Made by a program: the position numbers and the translations under genes
DNA from: Planctomicrobium piriforme
GTDB taxonomy: Bacteria; Planctomycetota; Planctomycetia; Planctomycetales; Planctomycetaceae
Length of the DNA stretch: 64,000 nucleotides
Direction of reading: 5' to 3'
NCBI GenBank assembly: GCA_945861445.1
Contig: CAMAVF010000001.1
Location: forward strand, 4,174-68,173
The notes under the pieces: model-generated
The model's input: only the letters and a program-made list of their open reading frames with translations
The model's database searches: none
What the model was told of the DNA's origin: nothing
Part shown: positions 29,601 to 37,129 of the stretch, piece after piece
How positions within the stretch are numbered: position 1 is the first letter of the stretch
Layout: each line of letters opens with the position of its first letter

Positions 29601-29857
29601 GCTGGACCAACGAGGATCTGTGGGGGGATGTCAGTTGGAACCCCAAGTGGTACGTGTCCGCCGAAGGAGATGAAGCCACCTGGCGTTTTGAAGTGGCCAT
29701 CCCGTGGAAAGAACTTGTGCCGACGGCCCCGTCACCCGACACGATCTGGGCCGCGAGCGTCGTGCGGACCGTCCCGGCGCTCGGGGTGCAAAGCTGGACG
29801 ACACCGGTGACCTCCAGGCCCCGATTGGAGACGGGCGGATTGTTGAAGATTGAATGA
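26690..29857 (+). CDS. Secreted multidomain protein: BNR/Ycf48-like beta-propeller N-domain, helical middle, CBM9/DOMON-like C-domain
   Basis: The signal peptide is MFRHGWLIVFVLLGFAGSVTHA. Five Asp-box motifs are present (VDAGSTWE, TDGGTTWQ, TDGGKTWQ, PDAGETWE, TDGGTTWL). The C-terminal KLDGMLSDECWQQAE..DRITLMLDVDRDYVTYYRFTIDQRGW..WRFEVAIPWKEL is CBM9-like. Confidence 0.7.
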   Translation: MFRHGWLIVFVLLGFAGSVTHAADDFVDRKQSAAPTPLQDDAALHDIQFIKSQTGWAVGDQGVIWKTVDAGSTWELQQSGVKCALRSVCFLTDRVGWIAGGESVPYAHQGVGVLLATTDGGTTWQTVGGPDLPELHRVKFFTLTHGIIVGEPNSRCSSGVMQTTDGGKTWQSAVGESLGSWRAADFLSPQQGAVAGLRGQHALYGNGRVGKTKLGSLGLRGLYGLKLLTGGEGWLVGDGGLILHLEQGSIVWQSPATSPPREVRDLFDFRAVAVRGKKVWIAGDPGTVVWHSPDAGETWERHSTRQTLPIAALSFPSDDCGWAVGALGTILQSTDGGTTWLAVRGANRRMAYLTAHSQLDHVSIPMITKVSGETGFRGLISVLPRHDIGTEREQSRELDLKLSEAVMLAGGSAATVGWRLPLDIPGLENSPEKLLAEWTKRSEGALQGQLVSQFVRQLRTWRPSVVILDESNPRDAVGRLIRETMLQAIPQAADPTSQLAQQELADLPVWQVERVFVRLPAGSTGQVNIEAFEILPRHGCAVHMAAAPALARLQRDAIASSGREAFKLISLKGETADYSGKDFFAKLAISPGTAARRALPPVEDGELDRKMKLAQAQRVFHGYIQRFLSDGQHAQQLLAQLGGVTAGMPDDQAALLLSQLADAYRRQGSWDLAEATLVEMVERYPHQPAAQDAMRWLIQLWVGTELTYRRLQATNVERKTISVETAELAQRLRNAGARLGTSEQTVSQEIQQLSGKNQALQVEQAPFKVDIGPGKDLRQERANLWQDKARRMASLLQRTSPAWFRSPEIQFPLAALYRQQQLGTDSAECYHRMMAGGYKTPWQQTAMTELWLDQMAGVPPKSIYTMRATKHPKLDGMLSDECWQQAEEMALVTDQTNGPLKEQAFVLMCHDREFLYFAGVCPRVPGTPMALPDHKGRSYDADLGDHDRITLMLDVDRDYVTYYRFTIDQRGWTNEDLWGDVSWNPKWYVSAEGDEATWRFEVAIPWKELVPTAPSPDTIWAASVVRTVPALGVQSWTTPVTSRPRLETGGLLKIE

Positions 29858-29933
29858 CAGTTCGTAGGACGGGCACTCCTGCCCGTCGGCATTGGGATGA
29901 CGGTGAGTAAATCGCAATTTCATGAAGAGATTT

Positions 29934-29989
29934 ATCCACAGATATCGCAGATGACGCAGATTAGGAGAATTCTCTGCGTCATTTGTGGA
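29934..29989. repeat. Family E element (CCACAGAT..GACGCAGAT inverted repeat), copy E1
   Basis: The sequence is ATCCACAGATATCGCAGATGACGCAGATTAGGAGAATTCTCTGCGTCATTTGTGGA. Confidence 0.8.
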
Positions 29990-30045
29990 GAGTGTTCCTC
30001 AAAATTCAGCTTCGATGCTAAGTGAGTACGCACCACAAAATGAGT

Positions 30046-30141
30046 AGGCGAGCCGGGCGGAGTAAGCCCCCGGATTCTTACTTCGCACAGGTAATTCCAT
30101 ATCAGAAATGAATCCCGGGGCTCACGCCGCCGGGCTCGCCT
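30046..30141. repeat. Inverted repeat AGGCGAGCCGGGCGGAGTAAGCCCCCGGATTC / GAATCCCGGGGCTCACGCCGCCGGGCTCGCCT
   Basis: The arms are at 30046-30077 and 30110-30141, with roughly 85% complementarity by eye. Confidence 0.8.
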
Positions 30142-30246
30142 GCCTCATCATTTCTGCGCGTTTACTAAGAACGGAAAGACGGGCAGGAGTGCCCGTCCTA
30201 CTGGTTTTTCTCGCAGTCGAATCGGAAACATGTTGAAGGTATTAAG

Positions 30247-30906
30247 ATGGCAAGTATTACGGCGATTGTCGTTCGCAAGTTTGAGATTCCTGGTATTCAC
30301 ACCCTGGCCATTGTGGGCCAGGATTTCGCCGCAATTTGCAGGAAACTTCCGTTGTGGAGTCTGGTGCTGCCCGTAGCGGGTCTCGGCCTGATCGGCCTAC
30401 TGGGTTCAGGGTACTTGTTGCCCTGGTTCGTTGGAAAATACGCGTGGACCGGCAAGGATCTTCAAGAAATCGTGGGCCCGTCATTGCTGGCGGCGGCCGT
30501 GGTGGTAGCAGCGTACTTATGGTTCGTCGAACGGCATGCCTGTCGTGCGTGGTTAATTTGCTTGCCGGCGGTGTTACTGTGTCGTGAATTGCATTTCCCG
30601 GGTACTGGCATGGGAGTCTATTTCGGGTTGGCAATCCTGACCGCATCGGCGATTCGCCACCGCGAGCGACTGGCACCTGTCTGGAATTGCTCGCCGCTGT
30701 GCGGCTGGTGGCTGGGTGCCGTGAGCTGGTATGTCCTGGCCGTCAGCGTCGATTCCGGAGCCTGGAAGTTCCTGCCGCATGCCCGGCTCTGGGGCGTGAA
30801 CCTGGAAGAGACGATGGAATCCGGCGGCCATCTGTTTGTGCTGTTGGGCGTGTTGTCCAGTGTCCTGATGGTGATTGGAAAACGCCGATTGCCCGTGACT
30901 ACTTAG
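30247..30906 (+). CDS. Hypothetical polytopic membrane protein
   Basis: The 219-aa ORF has about 5-6 hydrophobic helices. I recognise no motif. Confidence 0.55.
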   Translation: MASITAIVVRKFEIPGIHTLAIVGQDFAAICRKLPLWSLVLPVAGLGLIGLLGSGYLLPWFVGKYAWTGKDLQEIVGPSLLAAAVVVAAYLWFVERHACRAWLICLPAVLLCRELHFPGTGMGVYFGLAILTASAIRHRERLAPVWNCSPLCGWWLGAVSWYVLAVSVDSGAWKFLPHARLWGVNLEETMESGGHLFVLLGVLSSVLMVIGKRRLPVTT

Positions 30907-30980
30907 GTCCTTCTAGTCCTTTCTGTCCTTTGAGTTCCAAGGACTCATGTCTAAAAATAAAGGACCAATGACAAAGGACC
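30904..30980. repeat. Family D array (AGGTCCTTT / AAAGGAC units in inverted clusters), copy D2
   Basis: The sequence is TAGGTCCTTCTAGTCCTTTCTGTCCTTTGAGTTCCAAGGACTCATGTCTAAAAATAAAGGACCAATGACAAAGGACC. Confidence 0.85.
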
Positions 30981-31077
30981 ATACTTATGATCTAATCTTG
31001 GTAGGGACCGGTGAGCCGTAGGACTCGTTTGCAGTCGAGGGCTCACGGCCCTGAGAATTGTGAAAGGAACTTCGGCC

Positions 31078-31707
31078 ATGCTGCGCACTGTGGGGCTCGG
31101 GTGTTGTCTGTGGTTGTTGACCGTTGTGGTCGGATGCGAGGAATTGGACCCGAATAAGAAGGCTCGGCCGGTTCTGGTGCCGCCCAACATGGTGCCGATC
31201 GGGATGGATGCCTCAGATGGCGGCCGGGCCACTCCGGCAGCCGCTCCCGCCGGTGGGCAGCCAGTCGCCGCCCCGGTGGCTCAGGCCCCCTTGGCCAATC
31301 CCGCGGTGAACGCACCTGCGAATGACAACAAGGGGATCATCGGAAAAACGGACGCGCGAGTCCTCGATGTCAAACAGGCAATGGCCGAAAATCCCAACCT
31401 GAAGGTCGTCGAAAACAAGACGGGCGGAGACGATCCGTTGTCCTTCGCGGCATCGGCCTATGTGTCGATTCGCTCGCGAGCCAGCGTGCTCCCCTTTCAG
31501 GCCTGGTTGAAACAGCACAAGGCCGTTGAAGAGCGGAACCCGACGTATGCGGAATTCATGGCGGCCATGAAAGAGAACCGAGTCGAATTCACGGCACTCT
31601 ATCCGTGGCAAATGTATGGCTACGATTCCCAGGCGGGGACGATCGTCATTCTGGAAGACGGCGTGATGAAAGCCGAACGCTACAAGGCCGCAGGGGTTAA
31701 TCCGTAA
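31078..31707 (+). CDS. Hypothetical lipoprotein
   Basis: The ATG at 31078 is preceded by GAAAGGAAC. The signal peptide has the lipobox LLTVVVGC. A Pro/Ala linker precedes a globular C-terminal domain. Confidence 0.65.
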   Translation: MLRTVGLGCCLWLLTVVVGCEELDPNKKARPVLVPPNMVPIGMDASDGGRATPAAAPAGGQPVAAPVAQAPLANPAVNAPANDNKGIIGKTDARVLDVKQAMAENPNLKVVENKTGGDDPLSFAASAYVSIRSRASVLPFQAWLKQHKAVEERNPTYAEFMAAMKENRVEFTALYPWQMYGYDSQAGTIVILEDGVMKAERYKAAGVNP

Positions 31708-31711
31708 CGCA

Positions 31712-31729
31712 GGGATGGGACACATGGAC
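31712..31729. repeat. Family C short cluster, copy C7 (left)
   Basis: The left cluster is GGGATGGGACACATGGAC. Its mate, CATAAGTCCCATTC, lies at 31874-31887. Together they flank the 31745-31870 element. Confidence 0.55.
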
Positions 31730-31744
31730 TAAAACCTTATGAAA

Positions 31745-31870
31745 GGCTAACAAAACGACCCCACCGAGCTCGCCTCGGTGGTCATCGGGCTTCTGCACTA
31801 CGTCCGGCATCAGCGGTAGTGCAAAGGCCCGAATCCACCGAGACAAGCTCGGTGGGGCCTTGTTAGAGCC
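31745..31870. repeat. 126-bp three-hairpin element with family-B-like termini (GGCTAACAAAAC.. / ..TTGTTAGAGCC)
   Basis: The termini are GGCTAACAAAACGACCCCACCGAGC and GCTCGGTGGGGCCTTGTTAGAGCC. Internal hairpins are CCACCGAG..CTCGGTGG (twice) and TGCACTAC..GTAGTGCA. Confidence 0.8.
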
Positions 31871-31937
31871 TCTCATAAGTCCCATTCATTTCTAACGATG
31901 CACCCGACACAGAGATTCAGGCCAACAGGGAACCATC

Positions 31938-33242
31938 ATGACCAACCAGGCTCGACGAGACTTCCTGCTTTCCACCACGTTGTCTGCGGCTGCCGGGCTG
32001 GCCTTTTCCGCTCATCTGGGAGTCGCTGAAGAGAAAGACAAAGCGGAGGCTGAGAAAAAAAAGGAGCCAGTCCGCCTGGCCGTGATGGGGTTGAATGGAC
32101 GGGGCAAGGGGCTGCTGAATGGCTTTTGCGCGCATTCAAATGTCGAGATTGCCTACCTGTGCGACCCCGATTCCAACACGTTTCCCGCAGCCCTGAAGGT
32201 TGTCGAAGGACGGGGCAAGAAGACGCCGAAGACGGTCGCCGATTTCCGCGAGGCCCTCGCGGATAAGGACGTGACGGCCCTCGTTTGCGCGGCTCCGGAC
32301 CATTGGCACGCGCTGGCCACCGTGTGGGCCTGTCAGGCGGGGAAAGATGTGTACGTCGAAAAGCCGGTGTCACACAATATCCGCGAAGGCGAGGCGATGA
32401 TCGCGGTGGCTCGGAAACACAAACGAGTCGTCCAGGCGGGAACGCAACGACGCAGTGCTTCCGACCTGATGGAAGCGGTCAAGCTGATTCGCGAAGGCAA
32501 GCTGGGCGAAGTCGACATGGTCCGGGCCTGGATCACCAGCGAACGGCCCAGCATCGGCAAGGTTCAACCCAGTCAGCCCCCCGAGAACCTCAATTACGAT
32601 CTGTGGTGCGGGCCGGGTCCGTCCGATGCCTATAAGACCAATTTGGTCCATTACAACTGGCATTGGCGCTGGGATTTCGGCACCGGGGAATGCGGCAACA
32701 ATGGGATTCATGCCCTGGATGTTGCCCGCTGGGGCCTGGGTGTGGAGTATCCCGACATCGTTACGTGTGGCGGGGGCAAGTATTTTTTCGACGACGATCA
32801 GGAAACACCCGACACGCAACTGGCGACGTTCGATTTTCCGAACGCCTGCATTCAATGGGAACATCGCACCTGGAACAAGCGGGGCATCGACGGCCAGACC
32901 TATGGCGTGACCTTCTACGGCCGCGACGCCACTCTGGTCGTCGGCTCACGCGGCTGGAAAATGTTCAAAGGCGAAAAGGAAATCCAGAAGAACGACGGCT
33001 CCGACATGGAGAGTGCCCACATCACGAATTTCCTCGACTGCCTGGTCTCGCGGGACAAACCCAACGGCGACATCGAGATCGCGCACCGCAGCACGCAGTT
33101 GTGCCACCTGGCCAACATCGCCTGGCGGACGCGGTCGACCGTGAAGTTCGACGGAGCCAAGGGAGAAATCCTGGACAACCCGGCCGCTTCCGCGCTGCTG
33201 GGGAGGACGTATCGGAAGGGGTTTGAATTGCCGACTGTGTAG
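31938..33242 (+). CDS. Gfo/Idh/MocA-family oxidoreductase with Tat signal
   Basis: The Tat signal is RRDFLLSTTLSAAAGLAF. The Rossmann motif is LAVMGLNGRGKG, and EKP is present. The 434-aa length is typical of periplasmic family members. Confidence 0.8.
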   Translation: MTNQARRDFLLSTTLSAAAGLAFSAHLGVAEEKDKAEAEKKKEPVRLAVMGLNGRGKGLLNGFCAHSNVEIAYLCDPDSNTFPAALKVVEGRGKKTPKTVADFREALADKDVTALVCAAPDHWHALATVWACQAGKDVYVEKPVSHNIREGEAMIAVARKHKRVVQAGTQRRSASDLMEAVKLIREGKLGEVDMVRAWITSERPSIGKVQPSQPPENLNYDLWCGPGPSDAYKTNLVHYNWHWRWDFGTGECGNNGIHALDVARWGLGVEYPDIVTCGGGKYFFDDDQETPDTQLATFDFPNACIQWEHRTWNKRGIDGQTYGVTFYGRDATLVVGSRGWKMFKGEKEIQKNDGSDMESAHITNFLDCLVSRDKPNGDIEIAHRSTQLCHLANIAWRTRSTVKFDGAKGEILDNPAASALLGRTYRKGFELPTV

Positions 33243-33253
33243 GCAACGGCAGG

Positions 33254-33308
33254 AATGGGACTTATAGAACGGATGGGACCAATGGGATCAGATTCATGAG
33301 TCCCAATT
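33254..33308. repeat. Family C array, copy C4
   Basis: The sequence is AATGGGACTTATAGAACGGATGGGACCAATGGGATCAGATTCATGAGTCCCAATT. Confidence 0.8.
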
Positions 33309-34236
33309 AATCCTTGGCTGCCGTCAACCGAATGGCTTTATGCCCCTGATGCGATCCAACGGACGCCGTGAAGCGCTGCCGTCCGCCCCAGAACACCTGG
33401 CACGGGGCCCGATCGTTCTGCGACGTCAAAAGGACATCACCCACCTGCAGTTGTTGAAACTCGGTTGGTGACAGGGAGACCGTGGGTAGTGTGACTCGCA
33501 GTTGCACGGTCGTGGAACTGGATGTCACCGCCGGGATCCCGCCTGTCTGAGGCGAATGCAGTTTGTGACACGCGCCGCGTGGAATGCCCAAGCTCAACTG
33601 GCCGATTGCTCCCGGGCCCACAATCTCGAAATCGAACTGGACGATTTCGCAGGCCAAGTAGACCGGAATGCCGGCAATCCAATCAGTCGTGGAATTCACG
33701 GCTTTGACCTGCCAGCGGGCAGCGGTTTGCGGAGCGAACAGCGACGCGCAGACTGACTGTACCAATCGCCCCGCCAACTGCTGTTCGAGAGGTCCGCGGG
33801 CTCGTAACGCGGGACGCGTCGCCCCTTCATCGCCCCCCAACAGGCAATCCAGATGAGCCGCCAGTAACGGATCATCCAGAGCCAGCCACACCGGAAAACC
33901 GCGTTCGCCCGCCGTCACTTGAAATCCCTGCCAGCTCGCGTGATCCGTGACAAAATCCCGCATCCGAATGACGTGCAGTTCCACCTTGCCGAGCCTAAAG
34001 CGGCTCGCAAACGGTTCAGTCCAGGCCGCAGACCAATCCTTTCCGAACGCGGCTTGCCAGGCCAGCAGGGCCGCTTGCTCTTCCCCGGTGAGGGTCAACG
34101 GCAACGTGAACTGATCGCCGGACCAATTGGGATCGGATGTCGAGAACGATCGCCCGTGAGGTCCCGCGGCACCGCCAGCCAGATCCAGCCCGGCAAACAG
34201 CGATTGCAACTCAGAGGGACTTAACGTCTCCGACAT
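33307..34236 (-). CDS. FliM-like flagellar motor switch protein
   Basis: LSPSELQSLF at the N-terminus resembles the FliM LSQxEIDALL peptide. The mid-domain has LALDDPLLAAHLDCLLGGDEG..GPLEQQLAGRLV. The C-terminal SpoA/FliN-like domain reads TVSLSPTEFQQLQVGDVLLTSQNDRAPCQVFWGGRQRF. The start was trimmed to the ATG at 34236 (AGGAA 9 nt upstream; 34245 is an alternative), because the longer ORF runs into repeat A1. Confidence 0.6.
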   Translation of the reverse strand: MSETLSPSELQSLFAGLDLAGGAAGPHGRSFSTSDPNWSGDQFTLPLTLTGEEQAALLAWQAAFGKDWSAAWTEPFASRFRLGKVELHVIRMRDFVTDHASWQGFQVTAGERGFPVWLALDDPLLAAHLDCLLGGDEGATRPALRARGPLEQQLAGRLVQSVCASLFAPQTAARWQVKAVNSTTDWIAGIPVYLACEIVQFDFEIVGPGAIGQLSLGIPRGACHKLHSPQTGGIPAVTSSSTTVQLRVTLPTVSLSPTEFQQLQVGDVLLTSQNDRAPCQVFWGGRQRFTASVGSHQGHKAIRLTAAKD

Positions 34237-34276
34237 GGCGATCATTTCCTGCGGGCCGTGTGACTGAGAGTGTGAG

Positions 34277-34373
34277 GGGTCGGGCCTACGATTTTTCGAA
34301 ATTGGCCCGTGCAACATTGTACTTGTCATTCAGCATCAATCCGGCCAATTTCGAAAAATCGTAGGCCCGACCC
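34277..34373. repeat. Family A ~96-bp palindromic element, copy A1
   Basis: GGGTCGGGCCTACGATTTTTCGAAATTGGCC at 34277-34307 is matched by its exact reverse complement at 34343-34373. Confidence 0.95.
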
Positions 34374-34383
34374 GCGGCGTATA

Positions 34384-35784
34384 TCACGGCAACTTAATCA
34401 ACAGCGCATCGCACCAATCAGCATGGTCCAAGATATCCCCCTGGTCGGCGAAATCGACGACTAACGTCAATTGCCCCACGTCCTTCATGGGGATCGGTCC
34501 GACGACCAGTGCCGGTGTCTTACCCCGCACGACGTCACTCGTAAAGACCGGTTTTCCGTCGGCCAGGACCCGGAAGATGACGCTGCCGCGGCCTTCGGTG
34601 ACCGCATCAATGCCGATCGTGGCCTGAAACACCGCGTATTTCTTGTTCAAACGGTACGTGGCCAACGACTGACTGTGCAGCCCGAGACCGCGTGCATACT
34701 CCTTTCCCCCCAACCGCAACGGCCCGCCCACGGCATTCTGATTGCGCCGCAAGGGCCAGGTTCGAGTCAGATAGGGAGTGGAAACAAATTCCTGTGGCTC
34801 CAATTCCGACAGGTAAACAATCCGGCCACCCAGGAACTGCAGCGACACAAGGTGCTCGGTCGGGAACTGCAATTCGGCACCGAATGCCGCCCGGCAACGC
34901 AGTCCCCCCTTCTCGGCCAACTCGATTTCGCCCACCGTCAGCACGCTGCCGTCCGAGAGGGTCAGCAGTGCCTGGTTCCCCTTGGCGGGGGGAAAGCTGG
35001 TCAGCTCCGGGTTCATCCCAAACCCGCGGACCGTGGCCACGGGCACGCTGATCTTGGCCGCGGCGGCGGTCACTTCGAAGGAGGTTTTCCCCAAGCTTTC
35101 CAATTGCCCGAGCAGACGGTCGCCGTTGGAGAGATAGAAAATGTCCTGGGTCTCACGCTGATCACGCAGCCGCACAATCATCTGGGATCGTTCGAGAGGA
35201 TTCCGAGGGGGAATCAGCAACGCGCCGCGTACGGTTTCCAACGGCACTGCGACTTCCGCCCACGCGGGGAAGCGTACCCATTTGCCGACCAGCGATTCGG
35301 CATCAATCGACTCCGGTCGCAGCCCCAGACGGTCCCCATTCGCCAACAGCAGTTGCGGGGCATTCTCCAACAGAGATTCCGGCTGCGCTACCCAATCGAT
35401 CCGCAGGACGTCGGTCCGTTTCCAGTCCGCGGAAGCTTCTCCTTTTATCGTGACCTGGGAATCGGAAATCTCGACCAGTGTTCCGTCGTGAGTCTGACCT
35501 GCGAGATTTTGAACACGAACGCTCGCGGCAGGATCTGCTCTCGCTGTAGATGGGTCGATGCAAACCAGCAGGATGATCGACAACAAGACGCGTAGGACGG
35601 GTCTCCCGGCCTGTCCGAGTTCCGCCACATATGAAGTGTACAAGTCTCGATGACCAGCGGATGCTGACAGCGGCCATCGCATGACCAAGGCTGGTAGCAT
35701 CGGCCTGACATCTCGCGATCGTTCCTGAGACATAGATTTTGCAGAGCTTTCTCTATTGGCCCATGGACGGGCTGGGAAGCCCAT
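34384..35784 (-). CDS. Secreted protein with C-terminal NPCBM/NEW2-like carbohydrate-binding domain
   Basis: The C-terminus reads GGKEYARGLGLHSQSLATYRLNKKYAVFQATIGIDAV..GSVIFRVLADGKPVFTS..LTLVVDFADQGDILDHADWCDALLI. The start is uncertain. A signal peptide (RPVLRVLLSIILLVCIDPSTARA) suggests a start near the GTG at 35628. Confidence 0.7.
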   Translation of the reverse strand: MGFPARPWANRESSAKSMSQERSRDVRPMLPALVMRWPLSASAGHRDLYTSYVAELGQAGRPVLRVLLSIILLVCIDPSTARADPAASVRVQNLAGQTHDGTLVEISDSQVTIKGEASADWKRTDVLRIDWVAQPESLLENAPQLLLANGDRLGLRPESIDAESLVGKWVRFPAWAEVAVPLETVRGALLIPPRNPLERSQMIVRLRDQRETQDIFYLSNGDRLLGQLESLGKTSFEVTAAAAKISVPVATVRGFGMNPELTSFPPAKGNQALLTLSDGSVLTVGEIELAEKGGLRCRAAFGAELQFPTEHLVSLQFLGGRIVYLSELEPQEFVSTPYLTRTWPLRRNQNAVGGPLRLGGKEYARGLGLHSQSLATYRLNKKYAVFQATIGIDAVTEGRGSVIFRVLADGKPVFTSDVVRGKTPALVVGPIPMKDVGQLTLVVDFADQGDILDHADWCDALLIKLP

Positions 35785-35850
35785 CCTACATCAGACGTCG
35801 CTGCGCGATATTACCGGCGTCAGCATCACCCCGCAATCATTGAGAATACA

Positions 35851-35962
35851 TTGGGGAACACTGATCTGCGCTCAACTGCGCTAATCAAGACAAAGGAAAG
35901 TGACGCTCCACGAAGGGTCTTGTCTGAATGAGTGTAGATGAGCGCAGATCAGTGTTCCCCAA
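35851..35962. repeat. Family E-related inverted repeat, copy E4
   Basis: TTGGGGAACACTGATCTGCGCTCA at 35851-35874 is matched by its exact reverse complement at 35939-35962. Confidence 0.9.
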
Positions 35963-36138
35963 AATGAATTCTTCCTACGCAACTTCAAAACTTGCGGTCC
36001 CGGAAGCGTGACGACGTACCGCCAACCGAGGCGTTAAGATCGCGTAAAACTCCCCTGTCTAGTTGTCGAATCATTTCGGCGGTGATTAGAATTCAGCATC
36101 CGGGACGGCCGGGCTGGAGGTCAATCTAGTAAAAGATT

Positions 36139-36217
36139 CTGACAAAACCTCTGCGTCATTTCAGAATCGTGCGCAAGGGCACGGTTCTGAAATTCCCACA
36201 ACCGGTTTTTTCAGGGC
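36139..36217. repeat. Family B nested-hairpin element, copy B4 (opposite orientation)
   Basis: The sequence is CTGACAAAACCTCTGCGTCATTTCAGAATCGTGCGCAAGGGCACGGTTCTGAAATTCCCACAACCGGTTTTTTCAGGGC. It is the reverse complement of the B consensus. Confidence 0.85.
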
Positions 36218-36444
36218 TTATTAGGCGAATTCGACGTCAGCGTTATCCAGTGCCAGTTGACCGGCATTGACCATCATCAACGGAACCCCTCAACGCGTCG
36301 GTGCAGACCGAACGTTGTTCGACGAATGTGTGTCCAGCGGGTGAGTGATTTGAAAGGAGCGGGGCCAGACCAGGCAGCAGTCATCAATCGTTAAGAATTG
36401 AGACCCACTGCGCCCGGTCACCATTAGTCAAAGGCAGGTGCTGA

Positions 36445-37086
36445 ATGAATGCGGGGCCTAGCGCCGCGATGCAGTCGAGTGTCCTGGTGTTGAATCGTTT
36501 CTATACCGCGATTCAAGTCATGTCAGTCCGACGGGCATTTTGTTTGCTGTGGAAGCAACTCGCGGAAGTCGTCACTGTCGAGGATGGAACCTATGTCGCT
36601 TATGACTTCGAAAGTTGGCTCGAAGTCAGCGACTGGAGATCGTCGTTGGAACAACCCAACGAACACGACGACTGGATTCGCGGCGTCAATCGCGATATTC
36701 AAGTCCCGCGGATCATCCGTCTGCTGAGCTACGACCGGTTTCCCCGGAATACGGTGAAGTTCAACCGCCGCAATATCTTTCTGCGTGACGAGAATCGTTG
36801 CCAATACTGTGGGCACAAGTTTCCCACTCATCTGTTGAGCCTCGATCACATCATGCCCCGCAGCCGGGGTGGCTCGACCACGTGGGAAAATATTGTGTGT
36901 GCGTGCCTGACCTGCAACGTGAGAAAGGGTGGCCGCACGCCGCACGAGGCCGGGATGCGGTTGTTCCAGAAACCCGTGAAACCCAAACGCAGCCCGACGT
37001 TGACGCATCAGATCTCGTCGGCCAAGTATGCTTCGTGGAGGACATTCCTGGATGAAGCCTATTGGAACACGGAATTGATGAATTGA
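36445..37086 (+). CDS. HNH endonuclease family protein
   Basis: The HNH/zinc-ribbon core is CQYCGHKF..LSLDHIMPRSRGGSTTWENIVCACLTCNVRKGGRTP. An N-terminal VLVLNRFYTAIQVMSVRRAFCLL module is present. Confidence 0.85.
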   Translation: MNAGPSAAMQSSVLVLNRFYTAIQVMSVRRAFCLLWKQLAEVVTVEDGTYVAYDFESWLEVSDWRSSLEQPNEHDDWIRGVNRDIQVPRIIRLLSYDRFPRNTVKFNRRNIFLRDENRCQYCGHKFPTHLLSLDHIMPRSRGGSTTWENIVCACLTCNVRKGGRTPHEAGMRLFQKPVKPKRSPTLTHQISSAKYASWRTFLDEAYWNTELMN

Positions 37087-37129
37087 AAAAGCCCGGCGAT
37101 TGCAGGTCGCTGGGCTATTTTTTGAGTTC

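Larger units (their letters stand above)
29864..30201. repeat. Composite repeat island bounded by inverted copies of GTAGGACGGGCACTCCTGCCCGTC
   Basis: The boundary copies are at 29864-29887 and, reverse-complemented, at 30178-30201. Each copy is itself a GACGGGCA/TGCCCGTC hairpin. Inside lie family E copy E1 (29934-29989) and a separate 32-bp-arm inverted repeat (30046-30141). Confidence 0.85.

Noticed and set aside
36221-36277. An 18-codon minus-strand ORF (MMVNAGQLALDNADVEFA) has GAGGGG upstream, in the long spacer before the HNH gene.
   Set aside because: It is too short to tell apart from chance. There is no adjacent modification or transport gene and no repeat of the peptide elsewhere in the window.
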